From contig OZ242205.1 of the NCBI GenBank assembly GCA_965206285.1, forward strand, positions 2,067,431 to 2,131,430: 64,000 bases of DNA. Reading direction: 5' to 3'. Origin of the DNA: Vicinamibacterales bacterium (GTDB lineage: Bacteria; Acidobacteriota; Vicinamibacteria; Vicinamibacterales; UBA8438). The position numbers and the translations under genes are program-made. Below the pieces are notes generated by a model that ran no database searches, was not told the DNA's origin, and saw only the letters and a program-made list of their open reading frames with translations. This document shows positions 1 to 10,318 of the stretch, piece after piece (position 1 is the stretch's first letter; every line of letters starts with the position of its first letter).

Positions 1-2515
1 GGTCTATCTCCGCAAGGTCGGCCGGCTCGACGACGCGCGGGGGCAGTTGACGGCGTTCCTCACCTCACTGTTCAAGGCGGTCGAGTCCACGCCGAACGCG
101 GCCCTCGTCTACACGCTCGCCATCGGCAAGGACGGCCGCGCCACCGACGCCTACTCGACGGAGAACCAGTTCGTCGCGGACAGGATGGCCGAGATCGAGA
201 GCGTCTCGGCGCGGAAGGCGACGCTCCTGAACCCGACCGAAGACGACGAGACCGTGCAGGTGCTCCGGCGGCGCCTGTTCGAGCACATCGACGACGCCCG
301 GGCGGCCAAGGTGGTCGACGCCTACCGCGGATTGTGGACCGGCCACCGGGACGCGCTCGCCGACGACGCCGCCCGGCCCGAGACGGTGGAGCAGTTCCGG
401 GCGAGCTACCCGCTGCACCCGCACGTCCTCGACACGCTGACCGGCAAGACCGCGACGCTCGCCAACTTCCAGCGGGTGCGCGGCATGCTGCGGCTGCTCG
501 CGCGGACGGTCGCGCACCTCTGGCGGCAGCGGCCCGCCGACGCGACGGCGGTTCATCTGCATCACATCGATCCCGGCCACGAGCCGATTCGGCAGGAGAT
601 CGTGACCCGCCTCGGACAGGCCGCCTTCGTGCCCGCCATCACCAACGACATCGCCGCGGGACGGGCGGGACACCGGGCGCTGGCCGAAGCGATCGACGCC
701 CGGCAGCATCAGGGCCTGCCGCCCTACGCGGTTTACGTCGCGCGGACGATCTTCATGCACACGCTGGCCTTCAACGACCCGCTGAAGGGACTGACGGCCG
801 ACGAGCTGCGGTACGCCGCGGCGGGGCCCGCGGTCGACCCGAGCTTCATCGACGAAGCGCGCAAGCGGTTCACCACGGAGTCGGCCTACCTCGACGACCG
901 GCCCGCGGCGCCGATGCGGTTCCTGGCCGAGGCCAACCTGAGCGTCGTCATCCGGCGCGAGGAGCAGCACGTCGACCCGGCCGAGGCCCGCGCGCAGCTC
1001 AACGACCGCATTCGGGGCATCTTCGACGGCAAGACGTTCGAGGCCGTTCCGTTCCCCGGCGGCCCGTTCGACGTGCCGGACGAGGTGGGCGACGGCCGCC
1101 CGAAGCTCGTCGTGTTCGCCTACGACGGCTTGGCCGTCGGCGAGGTCGTCGACGAGGTTCCCGAGCTGGTCGAGCGGGTGTACGCGAACAAGGGCGCCGA
1201 CGGTTCGGCGCTGCGAGCCCTGCGCAACCATCTCGTCTTCGTCGCCGCCGACGAGCACGCCGGCGACGGCATGCGGCACCGCATGAGGTCGCGGCTGGCC
1301 CTGCAGCGCCTGAAGGCGCCCGATCGTCTCGTCGACCTCGCCGAGCATCAGCAGGAGAAGATCCGCGACCTCGAGGCCCGTTCGGAACAGGAGCTGGCGA
1401 TCGCCATCCAGCAGTGCTACCGGCACGTCTTCTACCCTTCGCGGAACCGCATCGGCACGCGCGGCGTGGACTTGGCGCACACCGCGATCGACATCCCCTC
1501 GGCGTCGAACCAGCCCGGCGCCGGCCAGCAGCAGGTCGCGCGGGCCCTGCGCGATCTCAAGAAGCTGCGCTTCCCCGAGGATCAGCCCGACGCCCCGGCC
1601 TACGTGCGCGACCGGACCCCGTTGCGCAAGGGCCAGATGACGACCCTGGCGTTGCGCGACGAGTTCCGGCGCGATCCGTCGCTGCCGATGCTGCTGGGCG
1701 ACGACATCTTCATTCGGGGCATTCGGCGCGGCATCGAGCAGGGCGACTACGTGTACCAGCGCGGCGATCTCTTGTTCGGTCCCGGAGATCCGCCGGCCGA
1801 CATTCGGATCGACGAGCAGGCCGTGGTCATGACGATGGCCTACGCCAAGAACAAGGGGGTCTGGCCGCGCCCGGCGCCGAAGCCTTCGCCGCCGGGGCCG
1901 ACCCCGCCACCCGGGCCGGACCTATCGCCGGGGCCGAGCCCACCGCCCGGGCTGGACCCGCCGCCGCCGCCACCGGCCACAGGTCAGACGCCGCCCGGAC
2001 CCGGCACCGGTCCGCCGCCACCGGGACCGGGTACGACGCCGCCGGGACCCGGCACCGGTCCGCCGCCACCGGTCGGCGTGTTCGGTGTCGAGGGAGTGCT
2101 CAAAGACGCACTCGTGCAGCTCTGGGAGCAGGCGCGAGCCGAACGGGTGGACATGATCGCGACATTGAAGATCCGCATGTTCGACGCCGGCGACGCCTTC
2201 CGCCTGCTCGGCACTGTCGGCGCGGTGTCCGGCGCGCACAGGGTCGTTGCCATCACGGGCGGCTACGAGACCCCCGACGGGGGCACGTTCGAGCTGGCGT
2301 TCCGGGGCCCGGTGCCAGATGCCGAGCCCGTCAAGGAGTTCCTGGAACAGCAGCTTCGCGGCGCCAGGTCCACGACGGTCGAAGCGGCGTTCGACCTGTC
2401 GTTCACCGACGGGCTGCCGATGGAAGGAGATGCGGCGGAGACACTCACGGACCGCCTGTGCCGCTTCGCCAGCGGCGCCGCCCACGTCTCGGCGACAGCG
2501 GAGGCAAGACCCTGA
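1..2515 (+). CDS. DUF499-family AAA+ ATPase (5' end outside window), with Pro-rich linker before C-terminal domain
   Basis: Motifs YPLHPHVLDTL and NFQRVRGMLRLLA are typical of DUF499 proteins. The frame is open from the window start (VYLRKV..., just after the Walker B region). Confidence 0.8.
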   Translation, partial: VYLRKVGRLDDARGQLTAFLTSLFKAVESTPNAALVYTLAIGKDGRATDAYSTENQFVADRMAEIESVSARKATLLNPTEDDETVQVLRRRLFEHIDDARAAKVVDAYRGLWTGHRDALADDAARPETVEQFRASYPLHPHVLDTLTGKTATLANFQRVRGMLRLLARTVAHLWRQRPADATAVHLHHIDPGHEPIRQEIVTRLGQAAFVPAITNDIAAGRAGHRALAEAIDARQHQGLPPYAVYVARTIFMHTLAFNDPLKGLTADELRYAAAGPAVDPSFIDEARKRFTTESAYLDDRPAAPMRFLAEANLSVVIRREEQHVDPAEARAQLNDRIRGIFDGKTFEAVPFPGGPFDVPDEVGDGRPKLVVFAYDGLAVGEVVDEVPELVERVYANKGADGSALRALRNHLVFVAADEHAGDGMRHRMRSRLALQRLKAPDRLVDLAEHQQEKIRDLEARSEQELAIAIQQCYRHVFYPSRNRIGTRGVDLAHTAIDIPSASNQPGAGQQQVARALRDLKKLRFPEDQPDAPAYVRDRTPLRKGQMTTLALRDEFRRDPSLPMLLGDDIFIRGIRRGIEQGDYVYQRGDLLFGPGDPPADIRIDEQAVVMTMAYAKNKGVWPRPAPKPSPPGPTPPPGPDLSPGPSPPPGLDPPPPPPATGQTPPGPGTGPPPPGPGTTPPGPGTGPPPPVGVFGVEGVLKDALVQLWEQARAERVDMIATLKIRMFDAGDAFRLLGTVGAVSGAHRVVAITGGYETPDGGTFELAFRGPVPDAEPVKEFLEQQLRGARSTTVEAAFDLSFTDGLPMEGDAAETLTDRLCRFASGAAHVSATAEARP
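1987..2072 (+). repeat. 48-bp-period direct repeat encoding the Pro/Gly linker (TPPGPGTGPPPP x2)
   Basis: gacgccgcc(c/g)ggacccggcaccggtccgccgccaccgg occurs at ~1987 and ~2035. Confidence 0.85.
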
Positions 2516-3000
2516 TGGGGCGCCCCGACGGCGTCGCGAACCTCGCCCTGCCGGCATCTGCCCCACGGTACGAGCTGCGGGTGCGGACGCACGCCGCCGC
2601 CGACACGGAGTACGCCATCTGGCAGTTGCCCGCGCCGGCCACACCCCACCTCAGCGCTCCCCTGCGCATCGCGGGACTCCGCGGCCGGAACCTCGAGCTG
2701 ATCGAGCATCGCGTGCTGCGTCGGCTCGCCCGCGTTGGCGTGCGGCCCCGGCCCTCCCGGAACCGCAAGAAACAACGCTACGCCCTCCGGGAAGACACGG
2801 CGCTGACGCTCGGGTTGCTGTTCCGAGCCCTGGCGCCCATGCGCAGCCGCGTCAACATGCGCGCCGTCGCCGAGGGCATCGAGGCGATGGAGCGCGAAGA
2901 AGCCGCCTATTGGCTCGGCATGGCCATGCACCGCCGGCGCCCGCGGCGCGTGCTCACCGCGCTGCGGGTGCTGTTGACCGAGCGACCGCTGCCGCGATAA
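2515..3000 (+). CDS. Small DUF499-associated protein (DUF3780-like position), 161 aa
   Basis: ATG overlaps the DUF499 stop (TGATG). The C-terminus EEAAYWLGMAMHRRRPRRVLTALRVLL resembles the small proteins that follow DUF499 genes. Confidence 0.65.
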   Translation: MGRPDGVANLALPASAPRYELRVRTHAAADTEYAIWQLPAPATPHLSAPLRIAGLRGRNLELIEHRVLRRLARVGVRPRPSRNRKKQRYALREDTALTLGLLFRALAPMRSRVNMRAVAEGIEAMEREEAAYWLGMAMHRRRPRRVLTALRVLLTERPLPR

Positions 3001-4256
3001 CCGTTCCCCGATGGCTTGCTCCTGGCCCGACTTGACCGCCTACCCGGCTCTCCGACCGCCCCTGCGAACTCGCCAAGAGACCCGTTGTCGGACTCAACCC
3101 ACTCTCCTCCCGAGATTTCTGCCATACTGTAGGATCTCAACATCGAGCGCAAACCAAGAGCAACATGTGGCCAGATAACGACACTACTGACGACCTAATC
3201 GGGTTCCAGGTCCACGCCGACCTCATCCGCGCCGTCGTACTCAACCCCAAGATGCTACCCGTCACCGTCGGCGTTTTTGGTGACTGGGGGGGCGGCAAGA
3301 CCAGCATCATGCGCATGCTCGAGCGCAGCCTCTCCCCCGAGTCCTGGGAGCCCGGCACACCTGCGGCTGCCGAATCCGAGAAAACCGCCGTCGTGTACAT
3401 CAACACGTGGCAATTGGAAGGCTACGACGATGCGAAGGCCGCGATCTTGACCGCCGTCCTCCTGCAACTCCAGCACCATGAGCGCTTCGGCGCGAAGATT
3501 CGCAAGAAGTCCCGCACGCTTCTCAGGGGCATCAACGCGATGCGCTTCCTGAGTTGGTCCCTCAAATACGGCGTGCTTCCCGCGGCAGCAGCGGCCGCCA
3601 CAGGTGGCGCCGCCGCCATCCCAGCCGCAATCCTCGCAGCGTCTGGATTGAGCCAGCTTCCCGCCGTCGACCCACCCTCTCCCGACGACCAGCCCGAGCG
3701 CGATCCCCTTGAAGACCTCGGCGACGTGTGGAAGGGACAGACGCCCGACGAAGCTATCGACGTCCACACTTTCCGAAGAGAGTTCGCAGCACTCTTGAAT
3801 GACGCCACGATCAAGACGCTCGTCGTGTTGATTGACGACCTCGACCGCTGCTCGCCTGACCGAATCGTCGACAATCTCGAAGCGGTGAAGCTATTTCTCA
3901 GTGTCGACCGCACCGCATTTGTCATCGGAGCCGATAGACGGATAGTCGAACACGCCATTCGCTCGCGATATGCGCGTCCGCCCTCAAACGCCGGCATTGA
4001 CGTCAAGCCGCCCTCCGAAATTCAGTTCGAGGACCGCTTGGTCCGTGACTATCTCGAGAAAATCGTGCAAGTCCCGTACTCCATTCCGCGTCTCTCCGCC
4101 GCCGAGATCGAGACGTACATGACCCTCCTCTTTTGCGGCATGCACCTGTCTGACCACGACGCACGGCTTTGCGCAATGGCTGCCCGCGCGCTACGCACCG
4201 GAAATCGCTACGGAGCATTTGGCTACGGGGCTGTCGACGCGGCCCTGTCCGGTTCC

Positions 4257-4351
4257 GAGCGGGTCTGGTGCAGGGGAAGACGGTCGGCGTCGATGCGACG
4301 ACGCTGGAAGCGAAACGCGGCGATGCGGAGCATCGAGCGGCGGGATACCGG
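4257..4351 (+). mobile_element. Internal transposase fragment inserted in qatA
   Basis: Nearly identical (one substitution, one extra A) to the reverse complement of ~49603-49696, inside the transposase at 48729-50114. Confidence 0.9.
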
Positions 4352-4376
4352 CCCCGCTCGCATCTCACCTAGCCCT

Positions 4377-4737
4377 TGCAGCAGCCGCAAGCCCTCTCAT
4401 GGCCGACGGCCTTAAGGGCAATCCGCGCCAAGTAAAGCGTTTCTTGAACGCACTCATGCTGCGCAAAGAGCTCGCGCGCGTAGCCGGTCTCCGCGACATC
4501 ATCAAGACGGACACGCTCGTAAAGCTCATGATTCTCGAGTACGTCGAACCCGACATCTCTGCAGCAGCCGCAAGCCCTCTCATGGCCGACGGCCTTAAGG
4601 GCAATCCGCGCCAAGTAAAGCGTTTCTTGAACGCACTCATGCTGCGCAAAGAGCTCGCGCGCGTAGCCGGTCTCCGCGACATCATCAAGACGGACACGCT
4701 CGTAAAGCTCATGATTCTCGAGTACGTCGAACCCGAC
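4377..4737 (+). repeat. Tandem duplication, period 183 bp (61 codons), within qatA
   Basis: AAAASPLMADGLKGNPRQVKRF...LEYVEPD is encoded twice, and the two copies look identical at DNA level. Confidence 0.95.
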
Positions 4738-5385
4738 CTCTTTCTCGATCTCTTTAGCAAGATCGCTGCGGACGGCTACGTGGCTATGCTCCAATGGCTG
4801 GAGAGGCGGGACAAGACAGGTAAGCCGAAGGCGCCGCAGGCTCCAAAGGACTACCTGCCGCAGTGGGACAGCGCCTGGACGACGCGGTGGGCCACGATGA
4901 ATCCTCCGCTCGCCGGCCTGGATCTCCGGGACTACTTTTGGGTTTCGCGCGACCATCTGGCCTCCACCTTCTCCGGCATCACCATGGTTCCGCCCGTGGT
5001 GCGCACCGTCATAGCCGACTTTGCGACCGGGTTGGCTCCGAATCGCCACCGGGCCGTTGCGGCGGCCAAGACACTCGCTGTCGACGAATGCGCTGCAATG
5101 TACGAGCTGTTGGAGCAGGAGATCGCAACGCGCCCCACCAAGCCCGCGTCGTACCAGCCCTTGCGTGCTTTGGCAGAAGCCGATGTCCAAGGAGCCGATG
5201 CCACGCTTGCTCGCATTCTCACGACCCACGCGGCGTCCCAGATGCCGGCCTCCCTGGGCCTGTGGATTCTCACGCTACGCGACAGCAGGCCCAAATCTGC
5301 TACAATTCTCGAACGCGCCATAGAGCACCTGCGTGCGACCGACACCACTATAGGCAAGGCCATACAGTTGGCAGAACGGTAGCCC

Positions 5386-6108
5386 ATGGGTACGTCGACG
5401 AACTATAGCGCGCCTGGTTCTTGGGGACCGCTGAAGCGCGAGGTAACAGTCGCCGCGGCCACGGGGCGCGTCAGTCCCGCAACGGCAGGACGCATCATTA
5501 GTCACTTCATCCAGCACAACGGAGGCGCTGCTCGAATCGCTGCCGGCGGTTCTGGAGGGACCATCGGTGGGAGCGCCGGACGAGCGATCGCTCAGCGGCT
5601 TGGGAACTTCATCACTGCAGTCGGGGAGGCGGGGCTCCCGGAGGCGTTGCGGCGCGAGGGGCTCCTACATTTAGTCGGCCGGCCAATCCAGCAGATCCTC
5701 GCGGCTCTCTTGGACCACCTCGGCGGGCCCGCAAGCACGATCGATGACGTCGACGCACGAACCGCGCTGGCGCACTTCCAGGAAGAGCTGCTCCGGGACG
5801 CGCAGACACCCGACGACATCGAGAGGATTCTGCAGGATCGGGCGACCAATCTCGACGTGATTCTCCGCGACTACTTCGGCCTCTACTTATTCGAACAGTT
5901 CTGCCGGGTGTTTTTCGAACGGTTGGTTCAGAAAAGAGGAGAGTCTCTCGCCCTCGGGTTTCTCGACGACATCAAAGAGTTTATCAACGCAATGCTCGTC
6001 AGTCACGTGCGCCCTCGCGCTCTCGCGAGGATATCCTGGACGGGACAAGAGGGCGCGACTTTCTGCGCGGACATCATGCAAGAGACCCTCGCAGTTTTCC
6101 TAACCTAA
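5386..6108 (+). CDS. qatB: QatB, Qat anti-phage system protein
   Basis: MGTS start, Gly-rich N-terminus, position between the KAP NTPase and the QueC-like gene. Confidence 0.75.
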   Translation: MGTSTNYSAPGSWGPLKREVTVAAATGRVSPATAGRIISHFIQHNGGAARIAAGGSGGTIGGSAGRAIAQRLGNFITAVGEAGLPEALRREGLLHLVGRPIQQILAALLDHLGGPASTIDDVDARTALAHFQEELLRDAQTPDDIERILQDRATNLDVILRDYFGLYLFEQFCRVFFERLVQKRGESLALGFLDDIKEFINAMLVSHVRPRALARISWTGQEGATFCADIMQETLAVFLT

Positions 6109-6115
6109 TAGAGAG

Positions 6116-7468
6116 ATGCACAACGTAGAACTTCGTATCGGGCGTTCCGCCCACCGCCAGGAAGGTATCGCGGCGATGGCGCTTTTTGAGAACGGAGCGC
6201 GTCTATGCGGGCTCGACATTCAGTATTCCCAGCTGCACGGTCTGCGAAATCACTGCTCGATAGCGCTTGATTTCGTCGTCCTAGCCAGTGCGGTGTACGC
6301 GCTCGACAAGACCGTTTTGCGGCAGACCACGGAGGACGGCTGGACCCGCGCGTTTTCGCTGAGAATGCCGGTCTCAGATCCGGAGCGCTGGAATGGCGCG
6401 GCGGCCGACCTGATGGAGGGGCTGAACTTCCTTACTGGTGACCGCTGGAGGTTGAGATTCACGGCAGTGGATATTCCGATCATGTTTTCGGGGCGAGTCC
6501 GGAGTCGGCGACTTCGACAGCCAACAATCCCGATACGCTCCACGGACACGGTCTGTCTGTTCTCCGGCGGATTGGACTCGCTGGTGGGTGCGATTGACCA
6601 CCTGGAGCAGAGTGCCTCAAAGCTCTTGCTCATCGGGCATCACGATGGAGATATGGCCGGACCGTTCGCGGACCAACGAAGACTGATCGATCCCCTTCGC
6701 GCCGCGTATCCCCGGAGGCTACGGCCGATTTTCTTGAGAGTCGGTCAGGATCCCGCCGGAAGCGAGATCACCTTGCGGAGCCGGTCGCTGTTGTTTATCG
6801 CGCTCGGCTTGTACGGGGCGACGGCGGTTGGTCCCGACCCACGCTTACTGATTCCGGAGAACGGGACCATCGCGCTGAACTTTCCGCTCACCCCCTCACG
6901 ACGCGGTTCCTGCAGCACGCGTACCGCCCACCCGTACTACCTCGGGACACTGGGCCGAGCTCTGCGGGGGCTTGGGATCAGCAACTTGCTGGTGAACCCG
7001 CTGGCCAGCAAGACCAAGGGTGAGGTCGTCCGGGAGTGCGCGAATTCCGAGTTACTCCTCCGGCTTGCTCCCCTGGCTGTGTCGTGTGCGAAGCGGAGCC
7101 GCCGCATGTACTGGCAGCGCAAGACCGCCCGAAGCTGCGGTCAATGTATGCCGTGTGTCTACAGAAGGTCCGCCCTTCACCAGTTGGGAGCTGACACCGA
7201 GGCGTACGGCAACGATATCTGCGTTGGCGAAGTGGACTGGTTCGGCCACGACGACGCCGGTAAGGACTTCAGAGCGTGCCTTTCGCTTCTGCGACGGGAC
7301 GCCTCACCTGGGGAGGTCGCCAGAACATTGCTAGCGAGCGGTTCGCTGAACGTCGAGGCCCTGCCCGGGTATGCTGCCTTGGTGCTGAGAGCCGCGAATG
7401 AAATCAGAGAGCTTCTACGCGACAAGGCCAGACCGGAGATTCGCCGGGCGGCGGGCCTGACGGTCTGA
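6116..7468 (+). CDS. qatC: QatC, QueC-like protein
   Basis: PP-loop LFSGGLDSLVGA, RSRSLLF, PENGTIALN, STRTAHP, CGQCMPCVYRR. Confidence 0.9.
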   Translation: MHNVELRIGRSAHRQEGIAAMALFENGARLCGLDIQYSQLHGLRNHCSIALDFVVLASAVYALDKTVLRQTTEDGWTRAFSLRMPVSDPERWNGAAADLMEGLNFLTGDRWRLRFTAVDIPIMFSGRVRSRRLRQPTIPIRSTDTVCLFSGGLDSLVGAIDHLEQSASKLLLIGHHDGDMAGPFADQRRLIDPLRAAYPRRLRPIFLRVGQDPAGSEITLRSRSLLFIALGLYGATAVGPDPRLLIPENGTIALNFPLTPSRRGSCSTRTAHPYYLGTLGRALRGLGISNLLVNPLASKTKGEVVRECANSELLLRLAPLAVSCAKRSRRMYWQRKTARSCGQCMPCVYRRSALHQLGADTEAYGNDICVGEVDWFGHDDAGKDFRACLSLLRRDASPGEVARTLLASGSLNVEALPGYAALVLRAANEIRELLRDKARPEIRRAAGLTV

Positions 7469-7485
7469 CGGTCTGACAGTCTGAC

Positions 7486-8223
7486 ATGCTCGACAGTCAT
7501 TGCCATCTGGATCGGTATCGCGACCCGCAAGGCGTTGCGGTGGAGGCCGCCCGGAAGGGCGTGTTCACGATCGCAGTGACGAATCTGCCGAGTCACTTTA
7601 GGGCCGGAACGCCGCATGTTCGTCCATTTGCCCGTGTGAGGCTTGCTCTCGGTCTGCATCCACTTGCGGCCGCTGAGCACGAGCGCGAGATCGCTGATTT
7701 CGAGGCATGTTTCGCCGCCACTTCGTTCATCGGCGAAGTGGGTCTCGATTATTCCAGGAATGGATTCGACAGCAAGCAGCGACAAGTGGAGTCCTTTCGA
7801 GTCGTCGCTCGATTGCTCGGCGCGTCGCCGAGGGTAGTTTCGCTCCATTCACGCGGTGCCGAGGAAGACGTGTTGAGCACTCTTGATCACTTTGGTGTCA
7901 AGCGCGCGATTTTTCATTGGTATTCAGGTTCTCTCAAGACGCTTGAGCAGATCGTCAGCGCAGGCCACCTGCTTTCGGTCAATCCGGCCATGACGAGGTC
8001 GGCGAAGGGTCGGGAGATCATCGCTCGGGTACCCAGAACGCAGGTTTTGTCGGAAACGGACGGCCCATACGTCCGGGTTGCAGGGAGGCCCGCGAAGCCG
8101 TGGGATGTGGCACTCGTTGAAGAATACCTCACGCAAGCATGGGAGTTGCCGAGCGACCAGACGCGGTCGCAGCTGTGGTCGAATTTTCGTGGTCTCTTGA
8201 GTCTGGTGAAAGCAGATCCATAG
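7486..8223 (+). CDS. qatD: QatD, TatD-family nuclease
   Basis: DSHCHLD, GLHP, IGEVGLD, SLHSRGA, FHWYSG, ETDGP. Confidence 0.9.
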   Translation: MLDSHCHLDRYRDPQGVAVEAARKGVFTIAVTNLPSHFRAGTPHVRPFARVRLALGLHPLAAAEHEREIADFEACFAATSFIGEVGLDYSRNGFDSKQRQVESFRVVARLLGASPRVVSLHSRGAEEDVLSTLDHFGVKRAIFHWYSGSLKTLEQIVSAGHLLSVNPAMTRSAKGREIIARVPRTQVLSETDGPYVRVAGRPAKPWDVALVEEYLTQAWELPSDQTRSQLWSNFRGLLSLVKADP

Positions 8224-8379
8224 CGGGGGTGGCGCGCCGGGCTTGAGTAGTCCGTTCGGTCTGCCGCTGCGGCGGCCAAGCGACCTATCGCCAGCACTGG
8301 GTCCAGGGCCGCAGCCCTTCTGGCGGGCTTGAGTCGGCGGCCTTCGCGTGGGGCCTGGCCAGCCCCGGCTGCTGTCCCG

Positions 8380-8483
8380 CGCCGCAGCGACGGTATCTCC
8401 CTGGCTGACGACATCCGCTTCTGGGCGGAGGGCGATGTGGCCGCACTCTCACGCTCGATGGTCGCGGTCATTTTTCTGTTCAT
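8380..8483 (-). pseudogene. HicB antitoxin remnant
   Basis: DNA similar to the hicB at 22779-22982 (atctccctggctgacgacatcc...ctcacgctcgatg), frameshifted. Confidence 0.55.
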
Positions 8484-8612
8484 CGGCGCTCTCCATCGGG
8501 CGAGCAAAGCCAAGGGCGGGAACAGCCGTGCAACGGCGGCAGAATTCCACGGGCACGAGGGGCCGAAAGACGAGCTGCAGCGCCGGTCAAGGCCCCTACG
8601 CGCCCCGCCCCC

Positions 8613-9445
8613 TCAATCCTGCCCGCTCTCTTCGCTCCGCTCCTCCGGACGCGCACCGCCAAGATGTTCGGCATGTCCTCGTGGCAACCGTACTCGAACA
8701 GCGACAGCTCGTTCCACTGCATCGGGATCTGGGCCGTCCACGGCGCCGTCCACTGCCGGGGTCGCTGATCGTGAACTCGTAGAGCATCGTGTCCGCGTCG
8801 ATCCGCGTGAACCGCTCGAAGAGGCGGCGGTCCCTGGTCGAACCCCGGTAGCTGTGCTTGTCGTTGAAGTGCGTTGGTCTCGACCACCAGCGTGTCGCCT
8901 TCCCAATGCCCGCGCGACTCGCCGGTCCACGACTCGATGTCGGGTCGCGGGCGGCCGTCGAGGGGGATGATGCGCGAGTCGTGGACCATCTCGTTGAGCA
9001 CTACGACATGGTCGGGCGTCTGGAACAGCTGCATGTTCTGGTTGTAGAAGCCGGGGGTCATCGGCGGCCCGGTGTTGAACCCGAGGATGCAGCGGTCGAA
9101 CGCGCTGCGTCGAGATACGAGTCGGCGGGGTGGGCTTCCCGATACTCGCTCCGCTCGTCGGCGCGCCGCTGCCCCTCCTCGGACGAGGCGGGGATGCGGC
9201 CGTCCGGCGGATCGACGATGAGCGACGTGCGCGGGTCCTCGATGACGTTCGTGCCGAAGTCCAGCCAGAAGTTGTTGTAGCCGCCGACGTTGCCCCCGGC
9301 CTCGGTCCGGCGGGGCGCCGCTTCCCAGAGACGGATGTTCCGGTCGACCCTCTCCTGCTCGATCGCGGCCGCCTCCTCCTCCGTCAGGAACGCGTGGTCC
9401 TCGCGATCCTCAGGCCGCTCGACCGGCGTGGCGGTGCGGAAGTCC
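8613..9445 (-). pseudogene. Frameshifted, 5'-truncated copy of the secreted hypothetical protein at 18560-19534
   Basis: Near-identical DNA to ~18560-19403, with several small indels and no signal peptide. Confidence 0.85.
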
Positions 9446-9566
9446 TCCACCACTCCTGGGTTCCGGGAGATTCCACGCCCGTCCGGGGGTTCCCACAAGT
9501 CGCCAGGAATAGAGGGCCAATTCTGCGCGCCGCGCGTCCCCTCGGGGCCAAGAGGAGGGCGTTCGG

Positions 9567-9902
9567 CTACCCGAGGAAGCGCAGGATGCCGAAGGTCAGC
9601 GTTGCGGTTCCGATGACGGTCCCGATCATCCACCGCAAGAGCCTGGTTTCCAGGTTCGCGATTTGGCTCGAGAGCCGTGCATCGAGACCGGCGATCTGAG
9701 TTGAGAGCCGTGTATCGAGGGCGGCGATCTCGGTCCGGGCCTCGGCGAGCCCGACCTTGAACTGGTCGGACGTAACGTGATCGCCGTGTTCGGCGGCCAG
9801 ACGGACGGCGTTCGTGATGGCGTCCGCCTGTGCTTCGGTGAACTCGGGGTCGGTGAGCGATCGGGCGACGGCGTCTGTGTCGAGCATCTGGTTCCTGCTC
9901 AT
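9567..9902 (-). CDS. CCDC90/DUF1640-like coiled-coil protein with C-terminal membrane anchor
   Basis: DTDAVARSL...FTEAQADAIT, heptad repeats, LETRLLRWMIG plus hydrophobic tail. Confidence 0.7.
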   Translation of the reverse strand: MSRNQMLDTDAVARSLTDPEFTEAQADAITNAVRLAAEHGDHVTSDQFKVGLAEARTEIAALDTRLSTQIAGLDARLSSQIANLETRLLRWMIGTVIGTATLTFGILRFLG

Positions 9903-10157
9903 TCTCGCCTATTCTCCCGCCGCTTCACGTGTCCTGTCGGCCCCGCCGCATGATGTCGCAGAGTGGACAGTGGAGCCGTCGCCGCCCGGCGTCGAGGATC
10001 CGATGCGGCCTCGCCGGAAAGCAGAGCGGTCCCCTACCAGACCATGCGCGCCTTCATCGTCGGCGGCAGCAACAACGGGTCGATGACGAGTCGCGGGGAA
10101 CGGGCGTGGGGTTGGGGCGCTGGTCTCGGGCCGGGGCTCGGGTTCGGGATCGCAATC

Positions 10158-10298
10158 CCGGTGCGCACGCCGGCGATGTCCGTCCGCTGCTCGGTGCGCA
10201 GGTCGGCGATCTGCGTCGAGAGCCGCGTGTCGAGGGCGTCGATCTCCGTCCGCACCTCGGCGATCTGCGTCGAGATTCGCGTGTCGAGATTCGCGTTT
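10158..10298 (-). pseudogene. DUF1640-like fragment
   Basis: EVRTEIDALDTRLSTQIADLRTEQRTDIAGVRT, paralogous to 9567-9902 and 14785-15159. Confidence 0.65.
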
Positions 10299-10318
10299 AC
10301 AGTCTGGGACGGGCCGCG

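Larger units (their letters stand above)
3165..5382 (+). pseudogene. qatA: QatA KAP-family P-loop NTPase, disrupted (split into ORFs 3165-4415 and 4219-5382)
   Basis: MWPDNDT start, Walker A GDWGGGKTS, LIDDLDRC, YLEKIVQVP, GNPRQVKRFLN. Frameshifted by the insert at 4261-4345, with an internal duplication. First gene of a qatBCD-like operon. Confidence 0.85.
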
